Below are positions 37,801 through 52,700 of a DNA stretch of 64,000 bases, piece after piece (the first letter of the stretch is position 1; every line of letters starts with the position of its first letter). The notes beneath the pieces were generated by a model. It was not told where the DNA came from. It did no database searches and saw only the letters and a program-made list of their open reading frames with translations. The stretch is taken from the NCBI GenBank assembly GCA_040954595.2, contig CM082581.2, positions 11,964,286 through 12,028,285 of the forward strand. Reading direction: 5' to 3'. This DNA is from Balanoglossus misakiensis (lineage: Eukaryota > Animalia > Hemichordata). A program made the translations under genes and the position numbers.

Positions 37801-40800
37801 AAAAGGCATATTTCGAAGGGTCCTATTGAGAAGAAATCCTACTAGTTATTGGAGTGGAGACTATATTATTAACGATACCGCGCACAGATATTCCCCGATG
37901 GCCAGAGTTGAAAAGCTCCGTCTTTACTGCGAGCCGCTTTGCGATCTTTTTCGTCACACACCTGAAACCACGGAATCCACCCTGATTTCAAAATATGAAG
38001 CGTGAATTAAATGAACACGTATCACTGCCTCCAGTGACATCGTTAATAAGCAAGATCGCTCAATTAAGTTCAAGTGCAATTATCCAATACGGCCGAATTC
38101 AGGACTAAACGAAGTGCCTCGAACTATATTAAAGTTGCTTTAATGGCAAAACGTGTCTATCTGGCATCGAGCTGTCGCCCTGGCATATTGCGCCAAATCC
38201 TTAATATCTGTTTTTTGATTGATAGGACTTGCTGTTAGTGGAACCTAGGCGTACGAAACCTCATTTAAAGCCATCAATTTGTATTGGTTTTGAACTTGAT
38301 GCATCATTTGGATAAGCCACCACGATGACAGGCGCTTGATGGAATCTCTACTTGAAGTTCATCTTTTACGTCATGATGCGTTGCTGACAAAGAGCTCTCT
38401 CCTGGACATGCATTACTTTAATTTGCCCGAAAATTGGCTATATGCGAAGCAATTTTCTTGGTCGGAAGCAGGATTTTTCATAATTCACACACAAAATACC
38501 CCGCAAACATTGAAAGAACCTATCCCGACAAAAACCCCGTCATAGAATGGGACTTGTCGATTGTGACTCTTTCCTATAACTATCTGCAAATTGCAAACAC
38601 CATTATTGCAAAGTTCACTTCTCTGCACAATCATCAAAGTACTGACAGCAATTTTCATGTTCATCGTGATATGGTGTCTATACAAGTGAAGCTTATTGTC
38701 CCACAACACTGCAATGGGAATGGGTCAGGCGTCAACCGTCAACCGCCAGTCAATCTACTCAGCGGGTAATTTACGTTTCTGTAGACGCATTCCTTGGATA
38801 TGTTATTGAGAATCAAATCTATATTTTACGGAAAACTGTATGTAGAAAACACATCAATTTGCATTTAAAACAACTATGTACTGTCTCTGTATATCTTTCA
38901 ATTCATGCTTAGCAAATCAAAATATTTCCATGTTTGCTTTATGTTATGCTCTGTTGTCCGAAGAAAACAACCTATCTATAAACACAGTGTTTTGTACAGA
39001 ACATGATATTTTTGATAGTTTACTTCTTAGAATATCAATCAAGGCTGGTTCTATTGTCAATTTAGTAATTTCACCGGGATCTGCCATTAAAGCGTATTGC
39101 GTGAACAATCACTTTGGTAATTTTGTCATGTAACGTCAAAATAAAAAGTACGCGAACCGCTGCTGTAAACAACTACGTTTGAAAAAAATTGGACGGTGAT
39201 CAAACACACGATTCACATTTAAGAGCAACACGTTATTTTTCATAACAGTCAGTTCAAACACTGCTGGTTAAACATAGGATACCTTTCTTGCGGTAATTCA
39301 AACAAACGAGTTGTCAAGGACACAAACAACTTTAGTATGACTCACACAGGTATACTTGGTAAGCATATTCAAATCAAACCGCAGATTATAGTCAACAATA
39401 AAGCTAGCGAGGCATTTTTGTTGTCAGTAGAAAAGTAAATCAAATTAACGTTCATTGTGTCGTTGTTTTAAGGGCCACGAGGTAAAAGTTATATATGTTA
39501 TATTCGCAGAAATAATTAAATCGCGATTTTTTAAATCGCCGAAATGGTAATGTTTTGAACTACACCAAGTCCTGTATAAAGCTTAATGACATTGCTCACT
39601 AATACCTCAGACTGTTATTTGCAATTCCCAGATATTTCAAAGTGTGTTATTTATTCTTTCTGAGGGCATATTTCAAATTAGCAACAGGCATTTGATTTCG
39701 ATTTGATTATTCCGTTATTAAACAACACAATGAATGAATACGAAATTATTTTATTACCCGCGGAAACCGCAATAACATTTACCGGTCAGCAATCAGCACA
39801 ACCTTGATTTGACAATCATTTCTAAGCGATTCATCACAACCGTCGCACAAGAGCCACAAACGAACCTCTTGCCCGTTTGATCACACGGTCCAATGCTTTT
39901 CGCATCGTTGGATTTCAATTGCAATCAGAGCCTGCGTTTGAGTTTGATGTTTGTGTGACGGATTCTTGTGTCCTTTGCTCTGTGATTAATTCAGTGTTTG
40001 TACGATCATTCGAGTTAGAAAGGTCTTGGTAAAAAAAGAAACGCGGTCGAAAATAAGCGGACATTATTTAACAGGCAACTTTCGTCGCACATAATATGTG
40101 TATGATGAAATGTCCCGTGACGTCTATGCCTACTGCAACCTGCAATGTATACCTCAGGATTCAACTACATTTTTGTACACTCTCTGTTAACTCCACGTAA
40201 GAGTCCAGTGAGTTTCTTTGCATCGTTTTACCATCATCCGGGTTCTCATCACTTGTTATGTGACGTTTCATCTTTTTTCAGCCGTGGCATGGCATCACTT
40301 GAAAATGACAATTGTATACTTAAAGTCTGTCCCTTGTGGTGAAAATGCTCAGAAACGTCACCAGTAAAGTTAAATGTCGCAGTTTCCCTTCATTAGTCCC
40401 ATGAAAAGTCACACAAAAGCAAAATCGCATACTCATACATAGCCGTGTTCTACCCAAACTGGTCATGCAGTTATTGAACTGACAAATCTATATTCTTCGC
40501 GAGATTTTCATCTTACCTTAGTAATTCGAAGAAAGTACATTGCTGACCCGATCCCTCCTGATCTTTTTTTCAGATGACGCAAAAAGTTTTGATATCCACC
40601 AAACTGTTATTAGAATTGCCAAGATTGAAAACGTTGTGCTGTTGCGGGCAAGCTCGAGCACTCTTTTGTGATAAATCAAGAAATAGCACTGGGACATTTG
40701 CGCATGCGCTGCTGTTTCCAGGGATACCTAAGTAGTTCCTTCTCTTGCTTCCGTGTCACTTGCAATCATATATTTTTTTCCGGGATGGTAAAAGCTGATG

Positions 40801-41741
40801 GTTTCTTGCTGTTCCGTGTACCCGGTCACTTCTTTGTCAGTTTGATAACAGTACTTCAAAATAATTTGACCTTTTTAAACCGTCTTGGAGATAAGGCACC
40901 TGTGTGCGTGGATTTAATTAAGGATAAAAAATAAATGTTTGCATTTTTGTCCACAGAAGAGTAACATCTCCCATGATTCCTCGCCGCAGTGGCCATCGCT
41001 TGAGAGCCACGCATTTTGCCGACTTGTATTTGTCTCTACAAAGGCGTCATTGCATCATGGGACCACATCTACATCTAATTCATAGTTAAAATCTGTCTAG
41101 TATTTTCAAAAAAACGCACGACGAATGTAAAGTCTTTTGATCTCGCTGCACACTTTCACAAAAAGCAGTAAAACGCTTTCAGGGCCGAAGCTGTTGTCAT
41201 GGTTTTGCAATTTAAGTAATAGAACACACTTTCTAGTTTATCGGAATCGGATGAATGGAGGAAGAGAAAACGACTGTGACGTTTCTTTTTAGCGAGGCTT
41301 TTTCGATTTGGAAGTTTTCCCAGTAGAAGAATGGCCGCTCATAATTTAATTTACTGCGAGCATTTGCAGGTTTCGTATACAGCTGATGCATCAACGTCTA
41401 GGGTCACACCATGACTCCAAACTGGAGAGGAAACCTTCTTGGTGGCCCGTCAATCTTGGTTTATACAAACTGGTTTGCCCATCAGGAGGCAGAAGAGTAG
41501 GTACACCAGAAAGGAGTCACAAGGAAAGGTCACAAGATACTTATTCTCAGGGCAGAGTTAGCAATAACGATGTGGAGTCATATTAAAGTAATCCAGGCGT
41601 TGTAATTCACTGTTTGGTTAAAGGAAGGTCAAACCAAACGATGTGATCAAATATAGTCGACTTACAAACCAGTCTGCAGGGACACAAACGCGACGGCAGA
41701 TAACAAATTTAAAATGACTTGTGTCGGCAAACTGTAAAAGA

Positions 41742-41794
41742 TCTCGCGAGACGTTGATGTCAATACTCGTGCACGGTTTTTTGGCAGCCATCTT
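41742..41794 (-). promoter_or_regulatory. Promoter-type motif pair (TCTCGCGAGA palindrome; YY1-like AAGATGGCTGCC)
   Basis: Exact TCTCGCGAGA at 41742-41751 and GGCAGCCATCTT at 41783-41794; NRF1-like TGCGCATGCGC at 40699-40709. These are motif matches only. Confidence 0.3.
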
Positions 41795-42368
41795 ATGCAC
41801 AAATTGTAAGGAAATTAGGAAACAGAGTCAGGTTCAGATTTCACATTGCAGATATTCCGGGATGGTGTCTTGATGTAGGCTGGACCCGAGACTCACAGCA
41901 AAATGTAATTTGAAAATATAAGAGTACAGTCACTCCTGTAACAGGCATCAACAAGGAGCCTGAGTGGTTATGCTTTTTTCACATTTTCCTTTTCACCGAC
42001 ATTCATGGTGCAAATGGAAAACATGTCCCAGTATCCAGTGCCACATGACAATAACACCTCAAAGCTATTACTGTTTTCCCTAATGAAGTTTCCTGATTTC
42101 GATTTTGATTGGCGTCGCCCATGTGGCACCGTGTAAACATTCATTCCAATTCTGTCAACGATTCTTGACATGGTTCGTGGCATTTCTGTGTATACCCGTT
42201 GCAATTATTATGCAATTGATTATTGCCGATGGAGAGTATTAAAAGTATTAGTCAATTTCCCTACTGCATGTTTTACAGGACTTAATTGAACACAGCGAAA
42301 CGCTTCCATTAACATGATTTTATTTCATGTTTTAAGCCATTTCTGCCAATAGGAACAGTACAACTCCG

Positions 42369-42403
42369 TCTCTCTCTCTCCCCCCCCCCCCTCTCTCTCT
42401 CTC
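42369..42403. repeat. (CT)n-poly(C)-(CT)n simple repeat
   Basis: A pyrimidine-only tract: (TC)n, then a run of C, then (TC)n. Confidence 0.85.
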
Positions 42404-42433
42404 CGATTTTAAGATTGTGGACTAATGGTACAC

Positions 42434-42439
42434 TTTATT
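42434..42439 (-). terminator. Candidate polyadenylation signal of gene B
   Basis: TTTATT on +, at the end of an AT-rich 1.3-kb stretch after the predicted stop. Confidence 0.4.
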
Positions 42440-43711
42440 CCTGTTATATTTACACTGGAAACTTTTCTACATTAAAAAACGCATTATGAAACAGCAAAGC
42501 AATAGTTCTCATATTGTAATAAATGTACATCAATGTATGCGTTGGATGCATGCAAAACTCAAGACTGTAAGAATGTATATAATATTTGTATATATATATA
42601 TAAATAAATATGAATGTTCTGTAATTAAGTTAAATGAAGATATGGAATAATATATATGTGACAATGTATACATGTGTGTAAGGACGGAAACGGGCCTATT
42701 ATCGTCTGCACTGATTTCTGTAAAGCATATCAGTTCATGATTTGATCAAATACAATCACATTAGCATTACATACAGGTCTATACATTTAAATAATACGTT
42801 TACAGAAATCGCATAGGGAAATGAAATATATACGAGGTTTAGAGAATATATAAAGCACTGGTCTTTCGGGTTCTTTTGTGAGTGTGCGTCTAAAATCTAG
42901 TGATATAAGTGTCAAAAGGCCGACGTTATAGTCGTCCCAGTCGAATGCTACTTTGGGTGAAAGACTTTCTACGGGCAATAAATTACATTTTACACAGCTA
43001 GAAGTCACTGAATCAAATATAATCCAATCAGTCGAATCATGAATATTTGAACTAAGATTTCTTTTCCAAAACAGGAAAATGTCATTTGCTATTGAAAATA
43101 AAATGAGTGTTTGGCCCAGTTTCAAACATGCCAACACCCAGTTAGTTTAGTTAGAAACGACAACTTAATTTTTGTTTCATAAACTAGCAAATTAAGACAG
43201 TACGTACTATTTCAGTTTTAAAATGCAGATCTTGAAAACGTGAATGAATTGTTTGTGCTTTAATATGAGAAATACCATGTTAAAAGGAAATGATATTTGG
43301 CGAAATCAGCCAATAAGAACCAAACATTATCAAGCAAATGCAGCAAAAGACCATGTATATGCATCCGATGCCGCATGCCGATATGTGCATGACAAGTATA
43401 TATAACAGGTAAATATCATGCTTTAATTAAGGTTAATGTCAATAAATATGCATATTTTGCTTCGTTGAAGTACATCATTCTACTTTTCAATGGTATAATC
43501 TGCAACTTATAGGTGGACGTAACGAATGCACAGAGCGTACAGAACCGCAATAGTCTGTGTAATAATGCAAAGCGGTATTTAAACGGAAAATGCTGCCCCG
43601 ATCGCTTTATATTTAGCACGTCTCAAACTTGCCGGCTCAGAGGCCACAACTCGTCATTCAGTTCTTCTGTGCGAGTAATCCTTTAATTGTATACCCCGGA
43701 TGTAGACGAGT

Positions 43712-46700
43712 TTATGAAGCATACAACGTTTCAAGGTCATCTCCACCATCTCCAAAAGCAGCATCGTCCTGAAGTGAAAATTATGGTAATAATACCATCA
43801 CATTCTTTAACTTATTCGCATGATGCATAAGACAACTTTTCGTCAATTACGCGTAACATTCGCTCTTAACATCTGATGATAAAGATTGTCTTCAATCAGG
43901 ACGCATGCACTGAAGCACAGCCAGGTTGACTTCGTGAATATGTAGCTTCGTGGCAAGTTGTAACATCTGAACTACACCATCTATTCACAAGTTGTACTTA
44001 ATCACTCACGCATCAACAATTACTGACTCTGTATCACTTACCACTAAGAATGGACTGTTCGGAGGGGGTGAACGAACAGTGGTTGATGTGGGAGTAGATG
44101 CCTACGAATGCGCCGGCCGAGAAGAGAAAATAAAGTGCCAGAATCGGTTATGTGCCAAGAGTTGTGATATCTGCAAATTCATTTGAAACTGCCTCCGTCA
44201 CTTGTCAGTGTCTGTTCCGGAATCAGTTTACAAAACGCTGCCTTGTTATGAAAGTTGGTCGGTTTCATTTGCAAGTTGGAGAAATGCAAATTGAAAGTAA
44301 AATACGTGACGCTCGGTTTTCGGGCATACAGTGTTATGTTACGCATGCGTAGAGCGAGGATAGAATTTGCCTGCATGTGTGTTTGTTTGTATTTTGTTTG
44401 TTTATCGATAGTATATTACCTCATTACGTACAAGAATGTTTACATCACGGCGACTGATCGTGTCGATGTCTTCACCAAGGCTGCGCCTCTCAATGACGTC
44501 TGCAAGGCAAATAACAAACCGCGACTCAATGACAACTTTCCATTGTTCCCGTGTATTGCTTTTCCATGCTAACATAAAACAACCTTTATACAAGCGGCAA
44601 TAAGCCTTGGGAAGAGGAACAGAGAGCACGCTTTCGTTCAGCAAATGCACCGGAAATGTTCGCCCATGAGTGGCGTATACTGACAGCCGCTATACACTGG
44701 GATTTGTGCCGCGTCTGACTGAACTAGAATCGGTTTCTAAATCTACTTTGAACGGAATTCGTGCAAAATACACCCGGGGGAAGGTGTGACCACGGGGTGT
44801 CCTAAAGTTACTGAATACAGAAAGAAAAGAAATCACCATAAGTAATTTCTCCTGACAGAAGTAATTCAATAGTGAAAGAACTTCTCAAACATTATTTCCC
44901 TGATATTGTGTTTCTATTGCGGTTTGATCTCGTACTTGGCAACAGTTTGTAACCAAGGCAACCGATGAGTTGACTATAATCGACCTTTTCAAAACGCGAA
45001 GGCATGATCAACGCCTAATATTGTGACACCATGCAACAATTATTAAATTTGCACGAAACTACGCTGTATGCTCAAGTCGAGAGGTAGATTGCGTGTGAGA
45101 CCAAAGTGATAATTCTGCTTCCACTTGTGTGCATTTCTTACCGTTGCACGGTGCAATTTTGACGTGTTTGCCAGCAGTGGTGTATGAGATGTCCAGATTC
45201 TTCACGCTGTTTAGGTCAGTACTTTCTCCCAGAGTTTGAGTCCTCGTCTGGCTTTTGTTCTAAAATGGTTAAAAGTCGAGACCAAGAATCAACAGAAAGC
45301 ATAAGGTGTCTGATTGTCTTCCTTCGACAAAATGGCCACTTGGCTGCAATTATTGGATCATATCGTATCGCGACAAAATTATTGTCAACGGGGTTTAATT
45401 TGAGATATGTTTATATCTTGTCCAGCAGAGTATCCAGAAAAGTTGCGACGGGTTGCAGGGCAACTCTATCTTAATTGCCTGGAAGGACTATATCCATTTC
45501 GTGCCTAGCATGCTGAAAATCACATGGCACAGTAAGGATTTAAGAAAAAATACCATTTATAAACGTTATCGCGTGTGTGAGTATATATTAAGAGGTTTCT
45601 AAATTGGCGTCCTTCTCTTGCCTTTTGTGATGCAAATGCGCAACCAAAATGATTGACATGTTTAATACAGGACTGTCTTTGAACGAACTAATTTCCGTTT
45701 ACCGAAAATTGCGCGTTATGAATCGATACAAGTTGTGTAAGCAACCTAACATTTATTGTAGCCAATATTATTATGTTCTTTCCCGTGAATAGGCCAAATA
45801 ATGAAATTCAATGAAATAATTTCATAGGACCTAGTTTCTGTTCAGTGCTCTTACATGTTTGATGATTGTGATGAAAATATCTGAAAAAGTAATTAGCGAT
45901 GATTATTTAATTGTTTTGGGCAATTTGAATGATTCAATAGCTTGTTTGCTTATAGTTTATCCTGGTAGATTCAAGTTCCCATAACTAGGCAACGGTTGTT
46001 AAGGATAATATTAAATGACATTGCAAACTAGACATGGTCTTTCAAAAGTTTACGGTCTCCATGGGTGTGGGGGAGGTAAGTTTTGAGATTGCTAGCTAAG
46101 ATGAACATCACATAATCAAAATGACTCTGGAGGACATTGTAGAGCACAATGGACAATCTAATGAATGCTGACTACAAATCCACAGAGAGACAAACTACTC
46201 ACCATTGTTGACATGACTCGGGATGTGCTGAAGTCTCCTCGGCTGAGGGCATGCTTCTCCCGGGACCGTCTCAAGGCAGCGCGCACCTACGGGAAAGTAT
46301 CACAATTGGAACCATTTTGGGAAAACTTTGGTATCCTGAACAGTTGACAGAACCTCCAGAATTATTCACGATTTCTATCCCAAACACATTCACACCATCA
46401 ACATTGTTAGATACTTTATATTTCAGTTTACGTGTAGACTGCCCTCTCAGTTGCTTGACCACCCAGAAAATAACATTAAAGGGCCACTACTTTTCATATT
46501 TTCATTAATCTTACCTCAGTGCTCAGGACACCGTGAAAGAAAAAGATGAAGAAACCCTGGGGGGAAAGAAAATTGGAATATGTCACATAATGTCCTCCCA
46601 TATAAACTGCCTAGCCACGCGCGATCTCGCAGGCTTTGGAAAATGGTCTATTTACGGTTTGCTGTTCGATTGTCAGATAAAAGAAAGTCTCCCCCCTCCC

Positions 46701-49700
46701 CCCCCCCCCAACTCTACTGAGCACCGGCCCTGTCTAACTCCCGCGGTCGGTATCAAAATTAATCGTCCTTACCTGAAGCGAATTGAAGATAGCGAATAAA
46801 TACTGAAATACAATAAGGTTCTCGTTAACAGCTAATAATCCAAATATCCATGTTGTCCCTAGTAACGGCAGTAGTATGATGGCACCCTTGGCTGCTGCCC
46901 TGTAGGAAATACAATTCAACTATATATGGTAATACAAGTAAAGTGGTGAAATGATCAATAGAGGGCGCAACTTGTTCATCCCCTCAACAGCGAAAACCGT
47001 ATGAGACAATTAAGCATTTCACGGCAGTTTCATGCCAGCAAGGTCAATAAAATGCACCCGATAGAGTACGTAAAACTGACGATGATAATATATGCACATT
47101 AGGAAAGCCCACCTGATATGATCATATTTCCCATCCTTGTCTTTTCCTTTGGAACGAAATACAATTTTTAGGACAACCATCAGGATAATCATGTTACTCT
47201 GAAATAATAAGAAGAATAAGAAGTTGATTGGTTGAATAGTTGGTTAAACTTACATGTACACAACCCAACAGTGTCACCCATCAGATTTGTAGTCTCGGTC
47301 AATTTTAGAAGATTCGCGACAATGGCGGTACAAAAAAACGTGCACTAGATCGTCCCATGGGTCATACTGACTAATGATACAATATGACAGAACATACAAA
47401 TATATGTTTGTTTGTCCGTCTGTCTGATACTCACAACAATAACGAAAATTGCAGGTCCGACGAACGCCCATATCAAACCGTTGTTAGTACTTAACCAGCA
47501 ACTGAAACAAATTTAAAGCAATCACCATTTTACATTATTTCATACAGAACACGAACGAATAACCTAACGTGCACATTCAGCTCCCATCTGATTGATTTGT
47601 CGGTTAGTTTGTTACTACAGTCTGAGAGAGCATAATGTTTGTGCACCCAATCCAGCTTTTCATATCAAAATCCATTGTGTTTGATTGATACGTATAGTTC
47701 CTACAGGTAGTGACCTCACAAGAATGATTCGATTCGGGAAGAGATTCTTAACTGAAGAGCGTGATTTGACAAAGCAATTATACTTACTGCCCGGCAGAAC
47801 TGCCATAACCATCGTAGCGGGCGCCCAGAGCAATGGCCACAACGACCACCGGGAGACCTGTGAAACAGAAAGCAGCGAAGAAAACATGTTATTTTCATAT
47901 GTTTAGTTTCAAACCATATACTGTACACCTTGCTGGTGTAATTAAACCGACATTTGGGCATCATATCCATGTTCAGCGAAATTAAAACAAATTTAACCGC
48001 TTGGTATACATTCACCAATACAGCAGAAAACATTGTAAATCGAGGCAAACTAATATAAAATTGCAACCCCTTGGTAATGATGTAAGCTTAAACTTACCCC
48101 AACCGATGGCATAGTAAGCGGCCATTCTGTTCTTTTCCGAACCAAACACCATAACGATCTGAACGTAGAGATGAAGTCCCTCTATGAACATCCAGGTGAA
48201 CACACACAAGTACAGGTAGTGCAAGGCCACGGCGATGATTTTGCAAAGAACCTTGACATGACATAAAAAGGAAGAACTCTAAAGTTACGATGATGATGAA
48301 AATCACCATTAGTAACAACGATTGCCAAACTGTTTGGCATTGCACTCCTGTCCATACGCTTATCTCAGATGTTTTATTTTTTCAAACTGTCATAAATTTC
48401 AAGTGATTTTTTTTCCTTTTATTTCAAGTGTTTTGTTTGGTGGTTGCAAACACTGATGGTTGTCCATTGTTGTTTAGTTAGATGGAACATTTCGTAAACG
48501 TGATATTGTGCACATCTTTACAATAGTGTCCGTAGGGAAAAAAAAGAAGTTGTGATTTATCAGCGCAGGAAACACTGTGGCAGAGTCGGACATAGAATAA
48601 TCCAAGGGATTCACTTACCGGATATGCGACTTGCCACACACCGCTGATGAATAACACTTGAGCAAGAAGCAAAGCGACTGCCAGGTTTCTATGGATACGC
48701 ATCCTGTGAGAATCCAGCGAACTGTGAGAGCGGATGGAGACGAGAAGAATTATGTCATACATTGTCGAGCCAGGCTTTGGAGGATAGAATGCTACTGAGG
48801 CAATTGTAAATCATTTCCGTTATTCGCCGGCGGTATTCATCACATCGACAAATCCATTCCCCCACAAGGAGTTAAACTAGATATCTGAGATGCATACACT
48901 GTTGAATTTGAGGTAATTTGGTTGTATGTTTCCTTTCGGAACACCTCTGAAGTGTAATGCTAGTGTGAGAGATTTCGATTCACCCCCATAGACCTTTATT
49001 CCTCGTAGCATTCAGTTCTGTGTGATAAATTATTAAAAGTCTTTCCTTTGCATCATGTGTGTGATGGATAAACAGTACACTGCATATCAGTTGCACTTAA
49101 AGCTCGTCATCGAGAAAACTCTGTGATCAGACTCTATTGCTTGATTTCCTTTATAGACATCACCGATTAAAATTGAAATTATCAATAATCCTCTCCTTTA
49201 CTATGCTTGAATCTGTCAACAATAACTACTAATTTTGACACAATATCGCAACCGACTATTTTCAGAAGCAGTAGATGTTACCCACCCAACGCAGTAGTAT
49301 ATGGTTAGTGCTGACACTAGGCATAATATTGACACACTGCAGCCAATAACTGTGATGACATCCAACGCTTGCAAGTGAGCATCTGCAACCTGAATAAAGA
49401 TAAAAGGCATCATTTAAATAAACAATACTGATTTGTTACAGAGATATTAAGCAGCTTTCATATTTCATGTAATGATATAACCCATGAAAAATGTCCCCAG
49501 ATGACAAAATCACCAAAGTTGGCAAAGTCGAGAAATTAACACTTTTTGTGTGTTTGTACATGTATCTATGAATGAATCTACGTTTGTAATACGTACCTCG
49601 ATCTCGGTAAACTGTAATAACACAGCAAAGTTTGTGGTGTGGTTACAAATGCATTCAGTATACATATCGGGATTGTCGTTCACAGAGCAACCCACCGTCG

Positions 49701-52700
49701 ACCAACCGCCCCGTGAATGTTTGTCACCAGACCTATATAAAAGATCAAAAGCAAACACTGTTTGTTCAGACAAAGGTTTATATGTCTCACCAAAGTTAGT
49801 GTACTGCTCTAGACTATAAACATATTATTTCGCCTATATCCTGTTACTTATAATGGAAAAGCTAACTAGAACAGAAGTATTCTGCATTGATTTCAAGTAT
49901 TATTTGCAACAAAATACTCAGAAGCACACCTAACCAGTTGCAGCTTTCGCGCATGTAATACACTTGAAGTACATGTAGGTAGGCCCACGGCATACTTTAT
50001 TTTATGTACATGTATCCTATACTGAAAAATTACTTACCTAATATTGAAATCCCAAAATACACATTCTATGGTTGCCCTTTCAACGTCCTTCCCACTCTAC
50101 ATTAAAAAACAAAACAACATGTCTTTATTTTCCGGCAAAATGGCAATTATGTAAATCATTTCATACAATTGCTCCATTGTTAGGTATATTTGTGCCAATT
50201 CTTACAATTGCTCATTTTTAGTATGTGTGAATCAAATGAAAGGGCTTATTATAACAGCAATGCCAACTGTAACACTTTACACATTCTCACCTGGATGTTT
50301 GCTACTTTGTAACGAACTGGAACACTTTGTGGCAACTCGTCTTTGAATACAGACAGTGATACAATTCCACTATTTAAAGCAGAATTTGAGGAACCATCAC
50401 CAACTGGGACTCTCCTGGGTCAAGAAAGAACAGAAACTATTTGAGGATAATTGAATGGAAATACAATGTTTAAAATCTCGGCAGAGAAAGTACTTCGCTA
50501 ACTGGGTCGTATGGGAACCATACGCACAGCTGCAGACGGGGCGACCCCCACCCTTTATGTTCATGCAAAACCACAGGATGATATCGTTTGTGACGTACTT
50601 TGTCTTATTCACGAGTTTCTCTGGGTTTCCGAAGAGAATGCTTGTGACTGTCAGGACATCATTGCTATCTATGGAAGATAGAAGAAATCAGAACATAAGA
50701 TCTTGAAATAGAAAAGAAATGTAACGTCATCCCATGTACAAGTGAATTAGTACAAATTAATTGACAATTTGTGGTCTGAACCTTGCGAACACACGCAAGC
50801 CCTTAAAAGATCAGCTTGGTTTGATCTTGATTATTTACATTTGCATATTAATTGAAAATAAAAAAGGAAGCTTACCTCCCGAAAATTTCTCAGCATCAAC
50901 AGATATTTCATTTTCAGACGTAGAACTTTTGAAAATCACTTTGTCTATGTTGTCAGCACTCACCGTCTTCGCCGAAAACTCTAAGCAACAGAAAACGAAA
51001 CATGCAATAAATTAGCAGTGTTGTAGTATAATCCACATTTGTTTATCTGACTAGTTTGTCGGAAGAACATGAATGTCAAGACCGAAACTTTCAAAAGAAT
51101 TGGCGAAGGCGAGTCTGAAGCCGATCACACTCTCGAATTCAATGAGAAAATGATTTATTACTGAATCACGAACATTACATACTCACCAATATTATGTCCG
51201 ATGTAATCGACATCCTCAGAAATGTTCGCTGCCTTGCCAACAAAATTGCTGACTTCTTCCGTTGCACCCAATAGGACGCCGAAAGCTCCATCTTTTGTCT
51301 GGAAAAGCAAGCAGGCGAATAGGAATGCACGATATATGTGGTAATATAAGACGTGAATATTGACTATTCATCAAGGAAATTGTGCCTTACCTCGATCAAG
51401 TCTTGCCACAGATCTCCGTAATCGTCTTCTAGTAAGTTGTTCGTTGTTGCGAAGAAACCCTGTCACATACATGTAATTTCAAGAGTTGCATCAGAGTTAC
51501 ATCACAGTCACAACATAGTAAGCAAAATCGAGACATGGTCTGAAGAAAGAATTTGGTTATTTAGACATGTATGACATGGCCAAGAGAAGGCTTTCCGGCC
51601 TTATGGATTGTTAATTTATTTCTCAGCAACTGAAACATTATAATAATTCACAGTGCTGCATTTAATGAATATGCACCAATTAACATAAGCCATATACTTG
51701 GCATAATGCCAATACCTGAGTGAAGTCAGCGACTGAAATCTCCTCAGGAGTATCTCTGTTTACCCACAAGCCTGTGCTCTCGAGGTAGACCAATACTGAT
51801 AACAACTCGCCGGCTGTAGAGGGCGCAGTTGATGATCCGGGCACAGTGATATTGGCCAGCTCACTCAGCTCAACGCCCCCCTCCAGATTCAGCATACACT
51901 GCAGTGACGTATAAACAGTAAAAAAGCATGTTAGCACACATACAATTAGGATTAAAAGCCATCATTGACAGCACAAAATAAATTGAAGGATTTTGGATGG
52001 TTCACGTGGTTTAATGCGGTCTTATCCGAGTTCTAATTCTGTTAATTTTCTAGGAACACGCTAATTATGCAACGTCTCCACGACACTGACAGAGAGGGCC
52101 AAAGAGCGATACTTACGTATTGACTTGATGTGTTCCGCAAAATGGCGTGCTCCATCTCATTCGCATAAGGTATTCCGCATCTTGCGCAATTGGAAGGCAT
52201 GGCACCAGTCCATGTGGTCACTACGCATGTGTACGGGACTGATTCTGTCGTTTCACCATTTTCGTTGTTGGCTGTCCCATTTTCGTTTTCTTCCGGTGTG
52301 AGGACCGTTGTGGGTTCGCTTGTTGCATTTAGTGCCAATCCTTCACCATCGGCTAGGGATACAAATTGGTCAGGGTCTGTTAGTGACATAGGAATTTTTT
52401 TTCCGTGGCGGCTTACAGAATGTAAAAAAATTAAAGGCCAACCGCTACAGACAAGTTTAAAGTCTGTGCCCACAAGCAACAGTAGTCGTTGATAGGTACA
52501 AACAGCTGATGACAACTTGTAGTGGTAAATTCGGAATTTTTATTCGACCTGTTCAGCATAATACATGTGACAATACGGACCAGTTCATGTGATGTATAAA
52601 ACTTGAAACCATTCAGATTACCTGGTATCTTGCATGTGTATATCTTCTCACTGTCACAAGTGTCCGTCAACCATTCCATTTTATTGGTGATTTTGACGAA

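Noticed and set aside
30200-41600. Short ORFs of 60-111 aa between the two receptors
   Set aside because: No domain motifs and no consistent exon chain; treated as non-coding
44743-45512. Alternative terminal exons for gene B (acceptors near 45512 and 44810)
   Set aside because: Both hit stops quickly. The path 45142-45259, 44420-44499, 44042-44101, 43712-43768 has better splice sites and continuous phase, though alternative use is not excluded.
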